A DNA stretch of 39,804 bases. It comes from Bacilli bacterium. Lineage in GTDB: Bacteria; Bacillota_I; Bacilli_A; RF39; UBA660. Both the position numbers and the translations under genes were made by a program. Positions within the stretch are counted from its first letter, which is position 1, and every line of letters starts with the position of its first letter. Where the stretch lies: assembly GCA_017887885.1 (NCBI GenBank), contig JAGHHB010000026.1, positions 1 through 39,804 of the forward strand, given 5' to 3'. Under the pieces are notes generated by a model. It did not search any database. It saw only the letters and a program-made list of their open reading frames with translations, and was not told the DNA's origin. Shown here piece after piece: positions 1 to 9,028 of this stretch.

Positions 1-390
1 ACATTTAGAGAATCCTTTTTCAACATAAATATTATTTATAAATTCTTGTAATGTTGAGGTTGTAATTTGCGATAATCTATAAAATCCTAATCTTGGTTTT
101 ATATGATTCTTAATAATATTCTCATAAGTTATTATGGTTGAATATCTTAAATTGATTTGACAGTACGTTTTCATCCAATAATCCAGATAATCTGAAAATG
201 ATATTGTAGCTGGTTTAAAAACATTTCCAGTATTGGTATACTCATTATACGCCTTCATCCCAGCTTCGTATGCTTCTTGTTTTGTTCTAAATCCTGATTT
301 GTTAATGAACTTTCTTTTTCCATCTTGGGGTGCTATCTCAAATCTGTATTGATAATAGTTTCCCCTTTTCATAGTATTTACTTGTGACAT
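1..390 (-). CDS. Tyrosine recombinase/integrase, N-terminal part (arm-binding + SAM-like domain); runs off the window edge
   Basis: Manual translation from ATG at 390: MSQVNTMKRGNYYQYRFEIAPQDGKRKFINKSGFRTKQEAYEAG...TISFSDYLDYWMKTYCQINLRYSTIITYENIIKNHIKPRLGFYRLSQITTSTLQEFINNIY. The SGF.TK.EA arm motif and the ST...Y..II..HI.P.LG...L..IT SAM-like motif are typical of ICE/phage integrases. RBS GGGAGG at 400-405. Not in the ORF track. Confidence 0.9.
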   Translation of the reverse strand, partial: MSQVNTMKRGNYYQYRFEIAPQDGKRKFINKSGFRTKQEAYEAGMKAYNEYTNTGNVFKPATISFSDYLDYWMKTYCQINLRYSTIITYENIIKNHIKPRLGFYRLSQITTSTLQEFINNIYVEKGFSKC

Positions 391-423
391 AAAAATTTTC
401 CTCCCTAAAATACTTTAGAGACG

Positions 424-450
424 AAAAAAAATCAGCAATGATGCTGATTT
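424..450 (-). terminator. Rho-independent terminator between secA/att and the integrase
   Basis: Minus strand AAATCAGCA-TCAT-TGCTGATTT followed by a T-run. Confidence 0.75.
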
Positions 451-454
451 CATA

Positions 455-615
455 ATTTGTGTGCATACCTAAAACCCTTTATTTATAAGGGATTAACAGA
501 TTTGTGTGCACGATTTTTTATTTTTCGCACACAAATTGCACAAAATTTGATGTTTTTGCACACAATTTGGTGTTTTTTTTATTACTTCGCTAGTCACAAA
601 CCCTTATAAAATAAG
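455..615. repeat. Putative att-site repeat array (integrase arm-type sites and accessory sites)
   Basis: ATTTGTGTGCA at 455-465 and 500-510; inverted copies CGCACACAAAT 526-536, TGCACAAAAT 537-546 and TGCACACAAT 557-566; second motif TTTATAAGGG 482-491 with its inverted copy CCCTTATAAA 601-610. Confidence 0.75.
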
Positions 616-3111
616 CTATTTTCCACAACATTGTTTGTACTTCTTACCAGAGCCACATGGACAAGGATCATTTCTACCAATTTTTTGACTTTTTTTCTGG
701 ACTTTTTTATGATCCTTACTATCATTAGTAACAACCGATTTAGCTATTTGTTTTCTTTCTAAATTTTGTCTTACTTCTGATTTTAATAAGTATATGCTGA
801 TATCACGATTAATTTTTTCGAGCATTTCGTCGAATAATTGATATCCTTCCATTGTATAAGCTTGTAGTGGACTAGTATTAGCATATCCCCTAAGGCCAAT
901 ACCATCTCGTAAATGGGTCATTGTACTAATATGTTCCATCCAATAGTTATCTATAACTCTAAGGGATATAGCTTTCTCAAATTCATCTCTTATTTCTTCA
1001 GGAATATTTTCTAATTTTTCTTCGTAATCTTTTAAAACATTTTCATAAATAATAGTTATTACTTCATCAGCTTTTTTTCCGTTAATTTCTGATAGATTTA
1101 TTCTATATTTCTTAAGTAAATTTTCATTGCAAGCCTCGAGTATTTCGCTATAATCATTTTCTTTCAATTTACCATTATCTACAAGATGTGAATTAACAAT
1201 ACTACTAATATAGTCTTTAAAATCATCAAGGACCGTTTTATGGATTGATTCACCATCTAAAATTTCGTTTCTTTTGCTGTATATGATTTCTCTTTGATTA
1301 TTCATAACATCATCGTAATTTAAAAGTTGCTTTCTTGTATCAAAATTATTTCCTTCAACTTTTGTTTGTGCTGATTCGACCGTTTTAGAAAATATTTTAT
1401 TTTGAATAACTTGTTCTCCAGTAAAGCCTAAATTTTCAAGCATTCCTCTATATCTATCAGAACCAAATCTAACCATAAGTTCATCTTCAAATGAAACGTA
1501 GAACTGTGTAAAACCAGGATCTCCTTGTCTTCCACTTCTTCCTCGTAATTGATTATCTATTCTTCTCGATTCATGTCTTTCACTACCAATAACACAAAGT
1601 CCACCTAATTCTTTTACTCCTTCTCCTAATTTAATGTCTGTACCACGTCCTGCCATATTAGTAGCAATAGTAACCGCTCCCTTTTCACCAGCATGGGCAA
1701 TTATTTCAGCTTCCCTAGCATGGTTTTTAGCATTTAATACTTCATGAGGGATCCTTTTTTTATCCAGCATTTTACTCAAAAGTTCTGATGTCTCAATAGC
1801 GATTGTGCCAACAAGTACGGGTTGACCTAAATTATGCCTTTTTTCAATTTCTTTAATGATAGCGCTATATTTCCCGGCTTTTCCTGGATATAATAAATCT
1901 GTAGCATCCTCCCTGATGATCGGTTTATTAGTGGGAATTTGAATTACAAACATATTATAAATATTTCTAAATTCTTCTTCTTCTGTTTTAGCGGTACCTG
2001 TCATACCAGCAAGTTTTTTATACATTCTAAAATAATTCTGGAAAGTAATTGTTGCAAGAGTTTTGGTTTCTTGTTGAATTTTAACTCCTTCTTTTGCTTC
2101 AATAGCTTGATGTAGTCCATCGGAAAAAGATCTTCCTTTCATAAGACGTCCCGTAAACTGATCTACGATGATTACTTGTCCATCTTGAACGACATAATCA
2201 ATATCATTACTCATAGAGTAATTAGCTTTTAATGCCTGATTAATATGATGTACTAAAGCAGTATTATTAATATCATATAAATTTTCTAGATGAAAAGTGT
2301 CTTCTGCTCTCTTGCTTCCTTCTTCGGTAAGACTTACGGCCTTCGTTTTTTCGTCCAAAATATAATCTTCATTTTCTTTTAGATTTTTAACAAATCGATC
2401 AGCGTCAATATACAAATTAGCTGATTGCATGACTCCCCCTGATATAATTAAAGGAGTACGTGCTTCATCTATTAAAATAGAGTCTACTTCGTCGACAATA
2501 CAATAATTAAGTGGTCTTTGTACTCTATTTTCTTTTTTTATTACCATATTATCTTTTAAATAATCAAATCCCAATTCATTATTAGTACTATACAAAATAT
2601 CGCAACTATAAGCTTCTTGCTTCTCTTTAAATGATAATTCTCGCAAGTTAAGTCCTACCGTCAAACCTAAAAATTTAAATATACTTCCCATCCATTCGGA
2701 ATCTCTAGTTGATAGGAATTCATTAACAGTAACAATGTGAACACCCTCTCCTGTAAGAGCATTTAAATAAGCCGGTAAGACACATGTAAGAGTTTTACCT
2801 TCACCTGTTTTCATTTCGGCTATATTCCCATAATGGATAGCTAAACCTCCTAATAATTGACAGTGGAAAGGTTTCATACCAACACATCTGTAAGCTGCTT
2901 CTCTGGCTACAGCAAAGGCTTCGACTAAAATATCTTCTAAACTTTCTCCATCTGCTAATCTTTTTTTAAATTTATTCGTATAACCAGCAAGCTTTTTATC
3001 AGATAATTTGCTCATTTCTTCATCTAATTCTTCAATTTTATTGGCAATAATTTCAAATTTTTTTAATTCTTTATATTCATTATCAAATATATTTTTAAAT
3101 AATTTAAGCAT
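616..3111 (-). CDS. secA: Preprotein translocase subunit SecA
   Basis: [39 protein letters not shown]-terminal SEC-C motif [19 protein letters not shown]. Confidence 0.99.
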   Translation of the reverse strand: MLKLFKNIFDNEYKELKKFEIIANKIEELDEEMSKLSDKKLAGYTNKFKKRLADGESLEDILVEAFAVAREAAYRCVGMKPFHCQLLGGLAIHYGNIAEMKTGEGKTLTCVLPAYLNALTGEGVHIVTVNEFLSTRDSEWMGSIFKFLGLTVGLNLRELSFKEKQEAYSCDILYSTNNELGFDYLKDNMVIKKENRVQRPLNYCIVDEVDSILIDEARTPLIISGGVMQSANLYIDADRFVKNLKENEDYILDEKTKAVSLTEEGSKRAEDTFHLENLYDINNTALVHHINQALKANYSMSNDIDYVVQDGQVIIVDQFTGRLMKGRSFSDGLHQAIEAKEGVKIQQETKTLATITFQNYFRMYKKLAGMTGTAKTEEEEFRNIYNMFVIQIPTNKPIIREDATDLLYPGKAGKYSAIIKEIEKRHNLGQPVLVGTIAIETSELLSKMLDKKRIPHEVLNAKNHAREAEIIAHAGEKGAVTIATNMAGRGTDIKLGEGVKELGGLCVIGSERHESRRIDNQLRGRSGRQGDPGFTQFYVSFEDELMVRFGSDRYRGMLENLGFTGEQVIQNKIFSKTVESAQTKVEGNNFDTRKQLLNYDDVMNNQREIIYSKRNEILDGESIHKTVLDDFKDYISSIVNSHLVDNGKLKENDYSEILEACNENLLKKYRINLSEINGKKADEVITIIYENVLKDYEEKLENIPEEIRDEFEKAISLRVIDNYWMEHISTMTHLRDGIGLRGYANTSPLQAYTMEGYQLFDEMLEKINRDISIYLLKSEVRQNLERKQIAKSVVTNDSKDHKKVQKKSQKIGRNDPCPCGSGKKYKQCCGK

Positions 3112-3230
3112 CTAATCATCCTCCTAATTAATATTTTACTATATTTCTCTAAAAAAAACTAGCCGATATTAAAATTTCGTTTATTTTATAAAGTAACATA
3201 TAACATTTATCTATTCGTCATTATTAGTAC

Positions 3231-3255
3231 AAAAATAGGCTCTTGAGCCTATTTT
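3231..3255 (-). terminator. hpf terminator overlapping the stop codon
   Basis: AAAATAGGCTC/GAGCCTATTTT inverted repeat. Confidence 0.65.
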
Positions 3256-3776
3256 GTTTCAATCAATCCGTAATTACCATCTTTTCTTTTGTATAAAACA
3301 CATATATTATTGGTATCTCTATCTTTATATACGAAGAAAGTATGTCCTAATAATTCCATTTCTAATATTGCTTCTTCTTCATCCATTGGTTTCATTTCGA
3401 TCTTTTTTCTTTTAACAATTTTTTCAGTACCTTCTTCTTCTTTATCTGTTAAATAATCAAAATTAAATTCTTTGACACTCTCTTTAGTAGTTCTATTTAA
3501 TCTTGTTTTGTTTTTCCTAATTTGTCTTTCCAATTTATCGGCTACTAAATCGATAGCAGCATATAAATCTTCATTTTCTTCTTCGCTGCGCAAAAGAAAT
3601 TTATTTGTTGGAATAGTAACTTCTACTATTTGTGAGTTACCTCTTACTCTTGTCAATATATTAGCGGTAATATCATCATTCTTAAAATATTTTTCTAGTC
3701 TTCCCAATTTATTTTCTGCATAGTTACGAATAGCATCAGTTATAACCATTTTATCACCACGAATATTATATTTCAT
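3249..3776 (-). CDS. hpf: Long ribosome hibernation promoting factor (HPF/RaiA family)
   Basis: DLYAAIDLVADKLERQIRKNK and KPMDEEEAILEMELLGHTFFVY; conserved hpf-secA synteny. Confidence 0.97.
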   Translation of the reverse strand: MKYNIRGDKMVITDAIRNYAENKLGRLEKYFKNDDITANILTRVRGNSQIVEVTIPTNKFLLRSEEENEDLYAAIDLVADKLERQIRKNKTRLNRTTKESVKEFNFDYLTDKEEEGTEKIVKRKKIEMKPMDEEEAILEMELLGHTFFVYKDRDTNNICVLYKRKDGNYGLIETK

Positions 3777-3861
3777 ATCTATCAGTCCTTTCTAATAAAA
3801 TTATATCAAAAAAATTTTAAAAATTAAATATAATTTTTTAAATCACATAATTTAACATAAT

Positions 3862-4776
3862 TTAATCCCATAAGTTAGAACTATATTCTCTATCAGCAAT
3901 CAATCTTTCAATGGCTTTTTTTACTAATAAAATATCATCTTTATAAGTAATGCCATACCAATTAGCATTCGTGTCAATAACTTTAGTCGATATTTCTTTT
4001 CTCTCGATTAGTTTTTCTAATACGATTGGCACTAAATATTCAGCCGTTAAAATATTTTCTTTATTTTCTTCAAAAAAGTTCGGAAATAAATCTTCGATGT
4101 ACTTAAATATAGTTGGGGTAAACAATAAAAAATTCATCGATGTTGTAGCATTTTTATTTACTGTGAAGCTTTCTCTTTTATTTAGAGGAGTGGCCATAAT
4201 TTTATCATTTTCTTTTTCTACTATACTTTCTGTAATAGAAATTAAATAATTATCTTTATCAACTTGACATATTCCTCTTTTGACAGAGCCATTCGCTGGT
4301 AAAGTCTTTTTTAACTGGTAACCGATTATCCCATAATTATTGATAGAATTATCAAGATTTTTCAAAAAATTGTATGCCTGGCAGAAAGCTTCTCTTCCAT
4401 AAAAATCGTCGGCATTAATCATAGCAAATGGTTCTTTTATAATATCTTTGCAACAAAGAAGGGCATGTGCGGTTCCCAATGGTTTTGTTCTTTCTTTAGG
4501 TAAATAAGAGTTTTTTGGTAAATTATTTAACTCTTGAAAGACATATTCTACTTTAATATGTTTTTCTATTCTCTTGCCAATTGATTCTTTAAATATCTCA
4601 TAGTTTTCCTTTTTTATTATAAATACAACTTTATTAAATCCGACCTTTAAAGCATCATATATAGAATAATCAATAATAAATTCTCCATTTGGGCCTATTG
4701 GAGTGACTTGTTTAAGACCTCCAAATCTACTCCCCATACCTGCCGCTAAAATAACCAAAGTAATGTCCTTTTTCAA
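3862..4776 (-). CDS. Sugar-phosphate nucleotidyltransferase family protein
   Basis: LAAGMGSRFGGLKQ, PLGTAHA, INADDFYG motifs; TTG start with AAAGGAG RBS. Confidence 0.88.
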   Translation of the reverse strand: MKKDITLVILAAGMGSRFGGLKQVTPIGPNGEFIIDYSIYDALKVGFNKVVFIIKKENYEIFKESIGKRIEKHIKVEYVFQELNNLPKNSYLPKERTKPLGTAHALLCCKDIIKEPFAMINADDFYGREAFCQAYNFLKNLDNSINNYGIIGYQLKKTLPANGSVKRGICQVDKDNYLISITESIVEKENDKIMATPLNKRESFTVNKNATTSMNFLLFTPTIFKYIEDLFPNFFEENKENILTAEYLVPIVLEKLIERKEISTKVIDTNANWYGITYKDDILLVKKAIERLIADREYSSNLWD

Positions 4777-4923
4777 CTCTATTAACTCCTTTCTTTTTTT
4801 AATTTTTATAATTATCTTTTATTCATAATAAATATTTTATTTATATTATTTCAAAGATCCACAAATATTCATACTAATTATATAATTAAATTATATCAGA
4901 TTTTAAAAGAAATTAATAATTAT

Positions 4924-4953
4924 GTATAAAAAAGATTATTATTTTACATAATT
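4924..4953 (+). promoter_or_regulatory. SigmaG/SigmaF-like promoter with no downstream CDS
   Basis: GTATA(4924-4928)-18 nt-CATAATT(4947-4953); same spacing as the promoters before spoIIR and the DUF421 gene. Confidence 0.4.
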
Positions 4954-4959
4954 CTAATA

Positions 4960-5009
4960 GAATATTCGCAGATATTCACGAAGGGAAAGTTAAATTTCTT
5001 TCCCTTTTT
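4960..5009 (+). ncRNA. Candidate ~50-nt two-hairpin sRNA
   Basis: Hairpin GAATATT-CGCA-GATATTC, then terminator AAGGGAAAG/CTTTCCCTT + T-run on the plus strand, although both flanking genes are on the minus strand. Confidence 0.4.
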
Positions 5010-5153
5010 ATTTATATATTAAAGTAACTAAAAGTTATAGAAAGCAGACATTTTTAATTATTAGTATTAATAAGTAATAATTCTTTCTGATTATTACAAA
5101 AAAATAAAGTACTATGCAAAGAAATTTGTATTATATAATATCTTTTTTAATAG

Positions 5154-5178
5154 AAAAAACTATCCGAAGATAGTTTCC
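5154..5178 (-). terminator. Terminator of the YjcZ-family pair
   Basis: Minus strand AAACTATC-TTCG-GATAGTTT plus T-run (UUCG tetraloop). Confidence 0.85.
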
Positions 5179-5191
5179 ATAACTAAGATAT

Positions 5192-5293
5192 TTAATAAAA
5201 GAAAGCAGAACTTAGTATTATAGCAAGAAGTATGTATAAAACAACAACAATTAAGAAACCATTACTTCCTCCACATGAACTATTTGCAGACAT
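5192..5293 (-). CDS. YjcZ-family sporulation micropeptide (33 aa) MSANSSCGGSNGFLIVVVLYILLAIILSSAFFY
   Basis: RBS AAAGGAGGTG; Gly/Cys-rich N-terminus followed by the GF.IVVVLYILL.II transmembrane motif; not in the ORF track. Confidence 0.85.
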   Translation of the reverse strand: MSANSSCGGSNGFLIVVVLYILLAIILSSAFFY

Positions 5294-5312
5294 TATCTTG
5301 CACCTCCTTTGA

Positions 5313-5402
5313 TTATATCCAAGCACCGAGTATAATTATTAGTAGGATAAACAAAACTAATACAATTGCTGCTGATGAACCACATGTTCCACAATTACCC
5401 AT
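5313..5402 (-). CDS. YjcZ-family sporulation micropeptide (29 aa) MGNCGTCGSSAAIVLVLFILLIIILGAWI
   Basis: RBS AAAGGAGG; IVLVLFILLIII.GA signature of YjcZ/SscA; not in the ORF track. Confidence 0.88.
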   Translation of the reverse strand: MGNCGTCGSSAAIVLVLFILLIIILGAWI

Positions 5403-5432
5403 AACACATTCCTCCTTTTTTTCTATTCACAT

Positions 5433-5462
5433 TATTTTATGGAAAAAATAGAAAAAGGTGTC
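5433..5462 (-). promoter_or_regulatory. SigmaK/SigmaE-like promoter for the YjcZ pair
   Basis: Minus strand gACAcc...CATAAAATA matches the CATAnnnTA -10 element with an AC element ~16-17 nt upstream. Confidence 0.4.
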
Positions 5463-5531
5463 GGATAATAGCTAATATGAAAAGTAAAAATACTAAAAAT
5501 GTGTTATTTTTCCCATATTTTTAAAATAAAC

Positions 5532-5560
5532 TTGTATTTTTAATCTATTTTTGATATTAT
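5532..5560 (+). promoter_or_regulatory. SigmaA promoter of prsA
   Basis: TTGTAT-17-TATTAT with extended TG. Confidence 0.55.
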
Positions 5561-5589
5561 ATTAATGTATTTTTGAAAGGAGAATAACA

Positions 5590-6765
5590 ATGGCGAAGGA
5601 AAATAATAAAAGTAAAAAGGTTATGACTACCAATGAAAGTACTAACAAAAGTAATAAAGGAAAAAGCACTAGTCAAAAAAAGAAAGATGTTGCAAAAAAG
5701 GAGGAAAATAAAAATATTCAGCACTCTGAAGCAAAAATCTCTACTAAAAAGCATGCTGTAAAAAAAGATGAAACCGTTTTAGCAAATTTTTTTGATTTAT
5801 ATGATAAACATAAGCTGACGATATATGGCTTTATTACAGGCGTATTGTTAACTATCTTAATAGTTATTTTAATCTGGCCTGATCGTATTGCTAAGTTAGA
5901 AGATGGTACTGAACCAGTAGCAGAAATAGAAGGAACAGTTGTTACTGCTGACGAATTATATGAAGATATGAAAGAAATATATTCGATCAGTTTACTATTA
6001 AATAAGATTGATAATAAGATATTAGAAGAAGAATATCCAGAAACAGAAGAAATGAATGAAGAGTTACAGGCCCAAGCTGATAATTACTACAATATTTATG
6101 AACAGTATTATCAGCAAGATAAAGAAACATTTCTTGCAAGTAATGGATTTGAAAGCGAAAAAGCCTTTATTGAATATTTACGTTTGGAATACCGAAGAAA
6201 TAAATATGCTGATGAATATATTCGATCTTTAGTAACAGATAAAGAAATAAACAATTATTATGAAGATGAAGTATATGGTGATATTAATACTAAACATATT
6301 CTTGTCAAAGTTGAATCATCCGCTACTGACGAAGAAAAAGAGGAAGCTGAAAATTTAGCTAAAGAAATAATTTCTAAATTAAATGATGGAAAAACATTTG
6401 ATGAAGTTAAAGAAGAATATGCTGATAAAATAACTTATGAGGAGTTAGGCTATAAATCATATAACGCTAATTTAGAGAGTGCTTATCTAGAAGAAATGCA
6501 AAAACTTGCTAATAATAGTTATAGCAAGACTCCTGTTGAAACATCTTATGGATATCATATCATTTATCGAATCGATCAGAAAGAAAAGCCTTCTCTCGAC
6601 GATGTTAAAGACGAAATAATTGAGTCTTTAGCGGACGAGAAACGTTCAGATGATTCTAATCTTTATTATATCGCTTTAGATAAGATGCGTATTGATGCTG
6701 GACTTAAATTTTCCGATACTGTTTTAGAAAAAAAATATAACGTATATATGGACAATTATAAATAA
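5590..6765 (+). CDS. prsA: PrsA-like parvulin foldase (peptidyl-prolyl isomerase) with a transmembrane anchor
   Basis: VTADELYEDMK N-domain, KHILV, GKTFDE, PVETSYGYHII parvulin motifs. Confidence 0.88.
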   Translation: MAKENNKSKKVMTTNESTNKSNKGKSTSQKKKDVAKKEENKNIQHSEAKISTKKHAVKKDETVLANFFDLYDKHKLTIYGFITGVLLTILIVILIWPDRIAKLEDGTEPVAEIEGTVVTADELYEDMKEIYSISLLLNKIDNKILEEEYPETEEMNEELQAQADNYYNIYEQYYQQDKETFLASNGFESEKAFIEYLRLEYRRNKYADEYIRSLVTDKEINNYYEDEVYGDINTKHILVKVESSATDEEKEEAENLAKEIISKLNDGKTFDEVKEEYADKITYEELGYKSYNANLESAYLEEMQKLANNSYSKTPVETSYGYHIIYRIDQKEKPSLDDVKDEIIESLADEKRSDDSNLYYIALDKMRIDAGLKFSDTVLEKKYNVYMDNYK

Positions 6766-6782
6766 AAAAATCTTACTATTTG

Positions 6783-6804
6783 GAAGCTGTTATAGCTTCT
6801 TTTT
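6783..6804 (+). terminator. prsA terminator
   Basis: GAAGCTG/TAGCTTC + T5. Confidence 0.7.
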
Positions 6805-6856
6805 ATATTTATAGACTTTTATTTTTTATCTCTTATAATAGAGATGAAATTTTTGT

Positions 6857-6897
6857 ATTATAAAAGACAAAATAAAATGATTTTTGTCTTTTATAAT
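6857..6897. repeat. Perfect 16-bp inverted repeat between convergent genes
   Basis: ATTATAAAAGACAAAA-9 nt-TTTTGTCTTTTATAAT. Confidence 0.8.
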
Positions 6898-6917
6898 GCC
6901 TGTCAAACTAATTTATA

Positions 6918-7544
6918 TTAATTTTTAATTTTATTAAATAATTTTACCGTTTCATATAATTCATTAAATCTAGTATTCCAATTTTTTTTAATTTCATTAA
7001 TTAAATTTACTTTTGCCGTCTCTATATCCTTTTCTTCTTTTTCAAAATAATCGTAATATAAATATTTTAAATTAATATTATTTTTTTCTTTACTTATATA
7101 ATTAATAAGAAAATCTTTTTTTTCTTTTTCAATTCTATTTACGTACTTTCTTTTTCCCTTCTTATTATCAATAATATCAATTTTATAGACACTATCACTA
7201 ACAATTTCATCAATAACTTCCTCTTCCTCATCCAATAAAAGACTGCTTTTTTTAATTACTGCGCCATTATCATTAAATAATAATCCCATGACTTCTTTTC
7301 CATTTGTTACGAGACAAGAAGGACCTATTTTAGTTCTTGTATACGTTAATGTCTTATCACGTAATACATCTATAAATTCTTTATTTACAGTTACATTATT
7401 TTCTCTAAATATTTTAAAAGTTTGATAGTCAATCAAAAAGAAGGGTATTTTTTTTATATTTATAACATTGTCTTTTCTACTCCATTCAAAAAAATAATAA
7501 TATTCTTTATTAAAATTAAGTACTATATCATAAATAAAGTTCAT
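6918..7544 (-). CDS. DUF3603/YjbA-like protein
   Basis: YDIVLNF...FFEW...D.V..IKKIP and KKSSLLLDEE resemble the YjbA family. Confidence 0.7.
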   Translation of the reverse strand: MNFIYDIVLNFNKEYYYFFEWSRKDNVINIKKIPFFLIDYQTFKIFRENNVTVNKEFIDVLRDKTLTYTRTKIGPSCLVTNGKEVMGLLFNDNGAVIKKSSLLLDEEEEVIDEIVSDSVYKIDIIDNKKGKRKYVNRIEKEKKDFLINYISKEKNNINLKYLYYDYFEKEEKDIETAKVNLINEIKKNWNTRFNELYETVKLFNKIKN

Positions 7545-7749
7545 TTTTCTTGTCTCCTTTAATAGTTAGTGAACAAATCATTATTATAATGCCAATCACA
7601 ATATAATAACATTCAATTCTCCTGATAATAAAATTAACATAATTAAGAAAATTATACCCCATAGTCATCAAATTAAAATATAATATTATATAACTTGAAC
7701 CAATTACTGTAAGTCCAAATCCGAGTAGAAAGAAAAAAATTCTTATCAT
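7528..7749 (-). CDS. Small two-TM membrane protein (conserved Bacilli hypothetical)
   Basis: RIFFFLLGFGLTVIG...YFNLMTMGY...RRIECY; RBS GAGGGA favours the ATG at 7749; overlaps the next gene. Confidence 0.75.
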   Translation of the reverse strand: MIRIFFFLLGFGLTVIGSSYIILYFNLMTMGYNFLNYVNFIIRRIECYYIVIGIIIMICSLTIKGDKKNELYL

Positions 7750-7802
7750 AATATCCCTCATTTAAATTTATTCAAATAAGAAGATATTATTAAGAATTTT
7801 TA

Positions 7803-8873
7803 TTATTCAATCATTTTTTTATCTTTTATTTCTACTTTGCTAATTGAATCAAATCTTTTACTTATTTTATCGGTTGTAACATGAATATTTTCAATATCTC
7901 TATTAACAGTTTCAATACTTCTCGATAGTTTATCCCAGCGATCGCGATATCTTGAAAATTCTAATCCTAGTTTATTTAGTTCATCATGAATAATACTAGC
8001 ATATTTATCTCTTTCCATATTTCTTAGAAGGACTTCAATAATAGTAAAGGTTGATATGAGAGTTGTAGGAGAACAAAGCCAAACTCTTCTTTTGTGGGCA
8101 TATTCGACAAGATCACTATGATAAGCATTAATTTCTGCAAATAGAGCCTCTGCTGGTAAAAACATAATGGCTTGATTAGAAGTAATGCCCGCAATTATAT
8201 ATTTATTGCTGATAGCATCAATATGTTTTTTAACATCATTTTTAAATTCTTTTTCGGCCATGTTTCGATCTATTTGAGGTAAGTTTTTATCGACCATCTT
8301 CTGATAGTGCTCTAAAGGAAATTTAGAGTCAATAGCAACTGTTCCAAGTGGCTCTGGAGCAAAAATAACAGCATCGGCAATAGTATTGTTAGGAAAAGAA
8401 TACTGTAGTCTATAAATATTATCATTTTTTTCCCCAAAAATACTTACTAAAATATGTTTTAAGTTAATTTCACCAAAGATACCTCTACTTTTCTTATCAG
8501 TAAGAATACTCTGTAAAGATACAATATCTGTTGATAAATTGTCAATCTTTTTTTGAGCTTCGTCTATTTTAGACAATCTTTCCAAAATATTTGTAAAGGT
8601 TTTATTTGTTTTGGCAAAATTATCATCTAACCTTTCATTAACCTTATTATCAATATGGTTTAATTTATTTTCTATTCTTTCATTTAGAGAATTAAAATCA
8701 TTATTCATTGTTTTCATAATATCAATCTGAAAATCAGATAGTTCTTTTACCATATTTGTTTCTAAATTTCCTAGTTTTTCGGTAATTTTACTTTCATTAA
8801 TATTTTTATTTATGGCAATAATAACTAGAATAATAATAATTACTAATAGTCCTATAATGATAAAGTTAAGCAT
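7803..8873 (-). CDS. rmuC: DNA recombination protein RmuC
   Basis: N-terminal TM, coiled coil, RGIFGEINL, IDSKFPLE, AIMFLPAE, SPTTL. Confidence 0.95.
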   Translation of the reverse strand: MLNFIIIGLLVIIIILVIIAINKNINESKITEKLGNLETNMVKELSDFQIDIMKTMNNDFNSLNERIENKLNHIDNKVNERLDDNFAKTNKTFTNILERLSKIDEAQKKIDNLSTDIVSLQSILTDKKSRGIFGEINLKHILVSIFGEKNDNIYRLQYSFPNNTIADAVIFAPEPLGTVAIDSKFPLEHYQKMVDKNLPQIDRNMAEKEFKNDVKKHIDAISNKYIIAGITSNQAIMFLPAEALFAEINAYHSDLVEYAHKRRVWLCSPTTLISTFTIIEVLLRNMERDKYASIIHDELNKLGLEFSRYRDRWDKLSRSIETVNRDIENIHVTTDKISKRFDSISKVEIKDKKMIE

Positions 8874-9028
8874 TTTATACCTCCATATTCATATAAAAAG
8901 TATAGCATATATTAAAATAATAGTAAATAATAAAATAGTTATAAACGAACAATTGTACTTAATACAAATATGTAGTAATATAAAATCACTATTTTTGTCC
9001 ACTTTTAATTTAAATAATTATTCGGATC

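Larger units (their letters stand above)
1..615. mobile_element. End of an integrative element (prophage/ICE/IME) inserted at the 3' end of secA
   Basis: Integrase gene plus an array of arm-type repeats that begins immediately after the secA stop codon. Confidence 0.7.

Noticed and set aside
455-568. Possible mini-CRISPR array
   Set aside because: Repeats are only ~11 bp, in mixed orientation with irregular spacing, and there are no cas genes; better explained as integrase arm sites.
3777-3861. raiA-motif RNA upstream of hpf
   Set aside because: The gap is only 85 bp, almost pure A/T, too short and unstructured.
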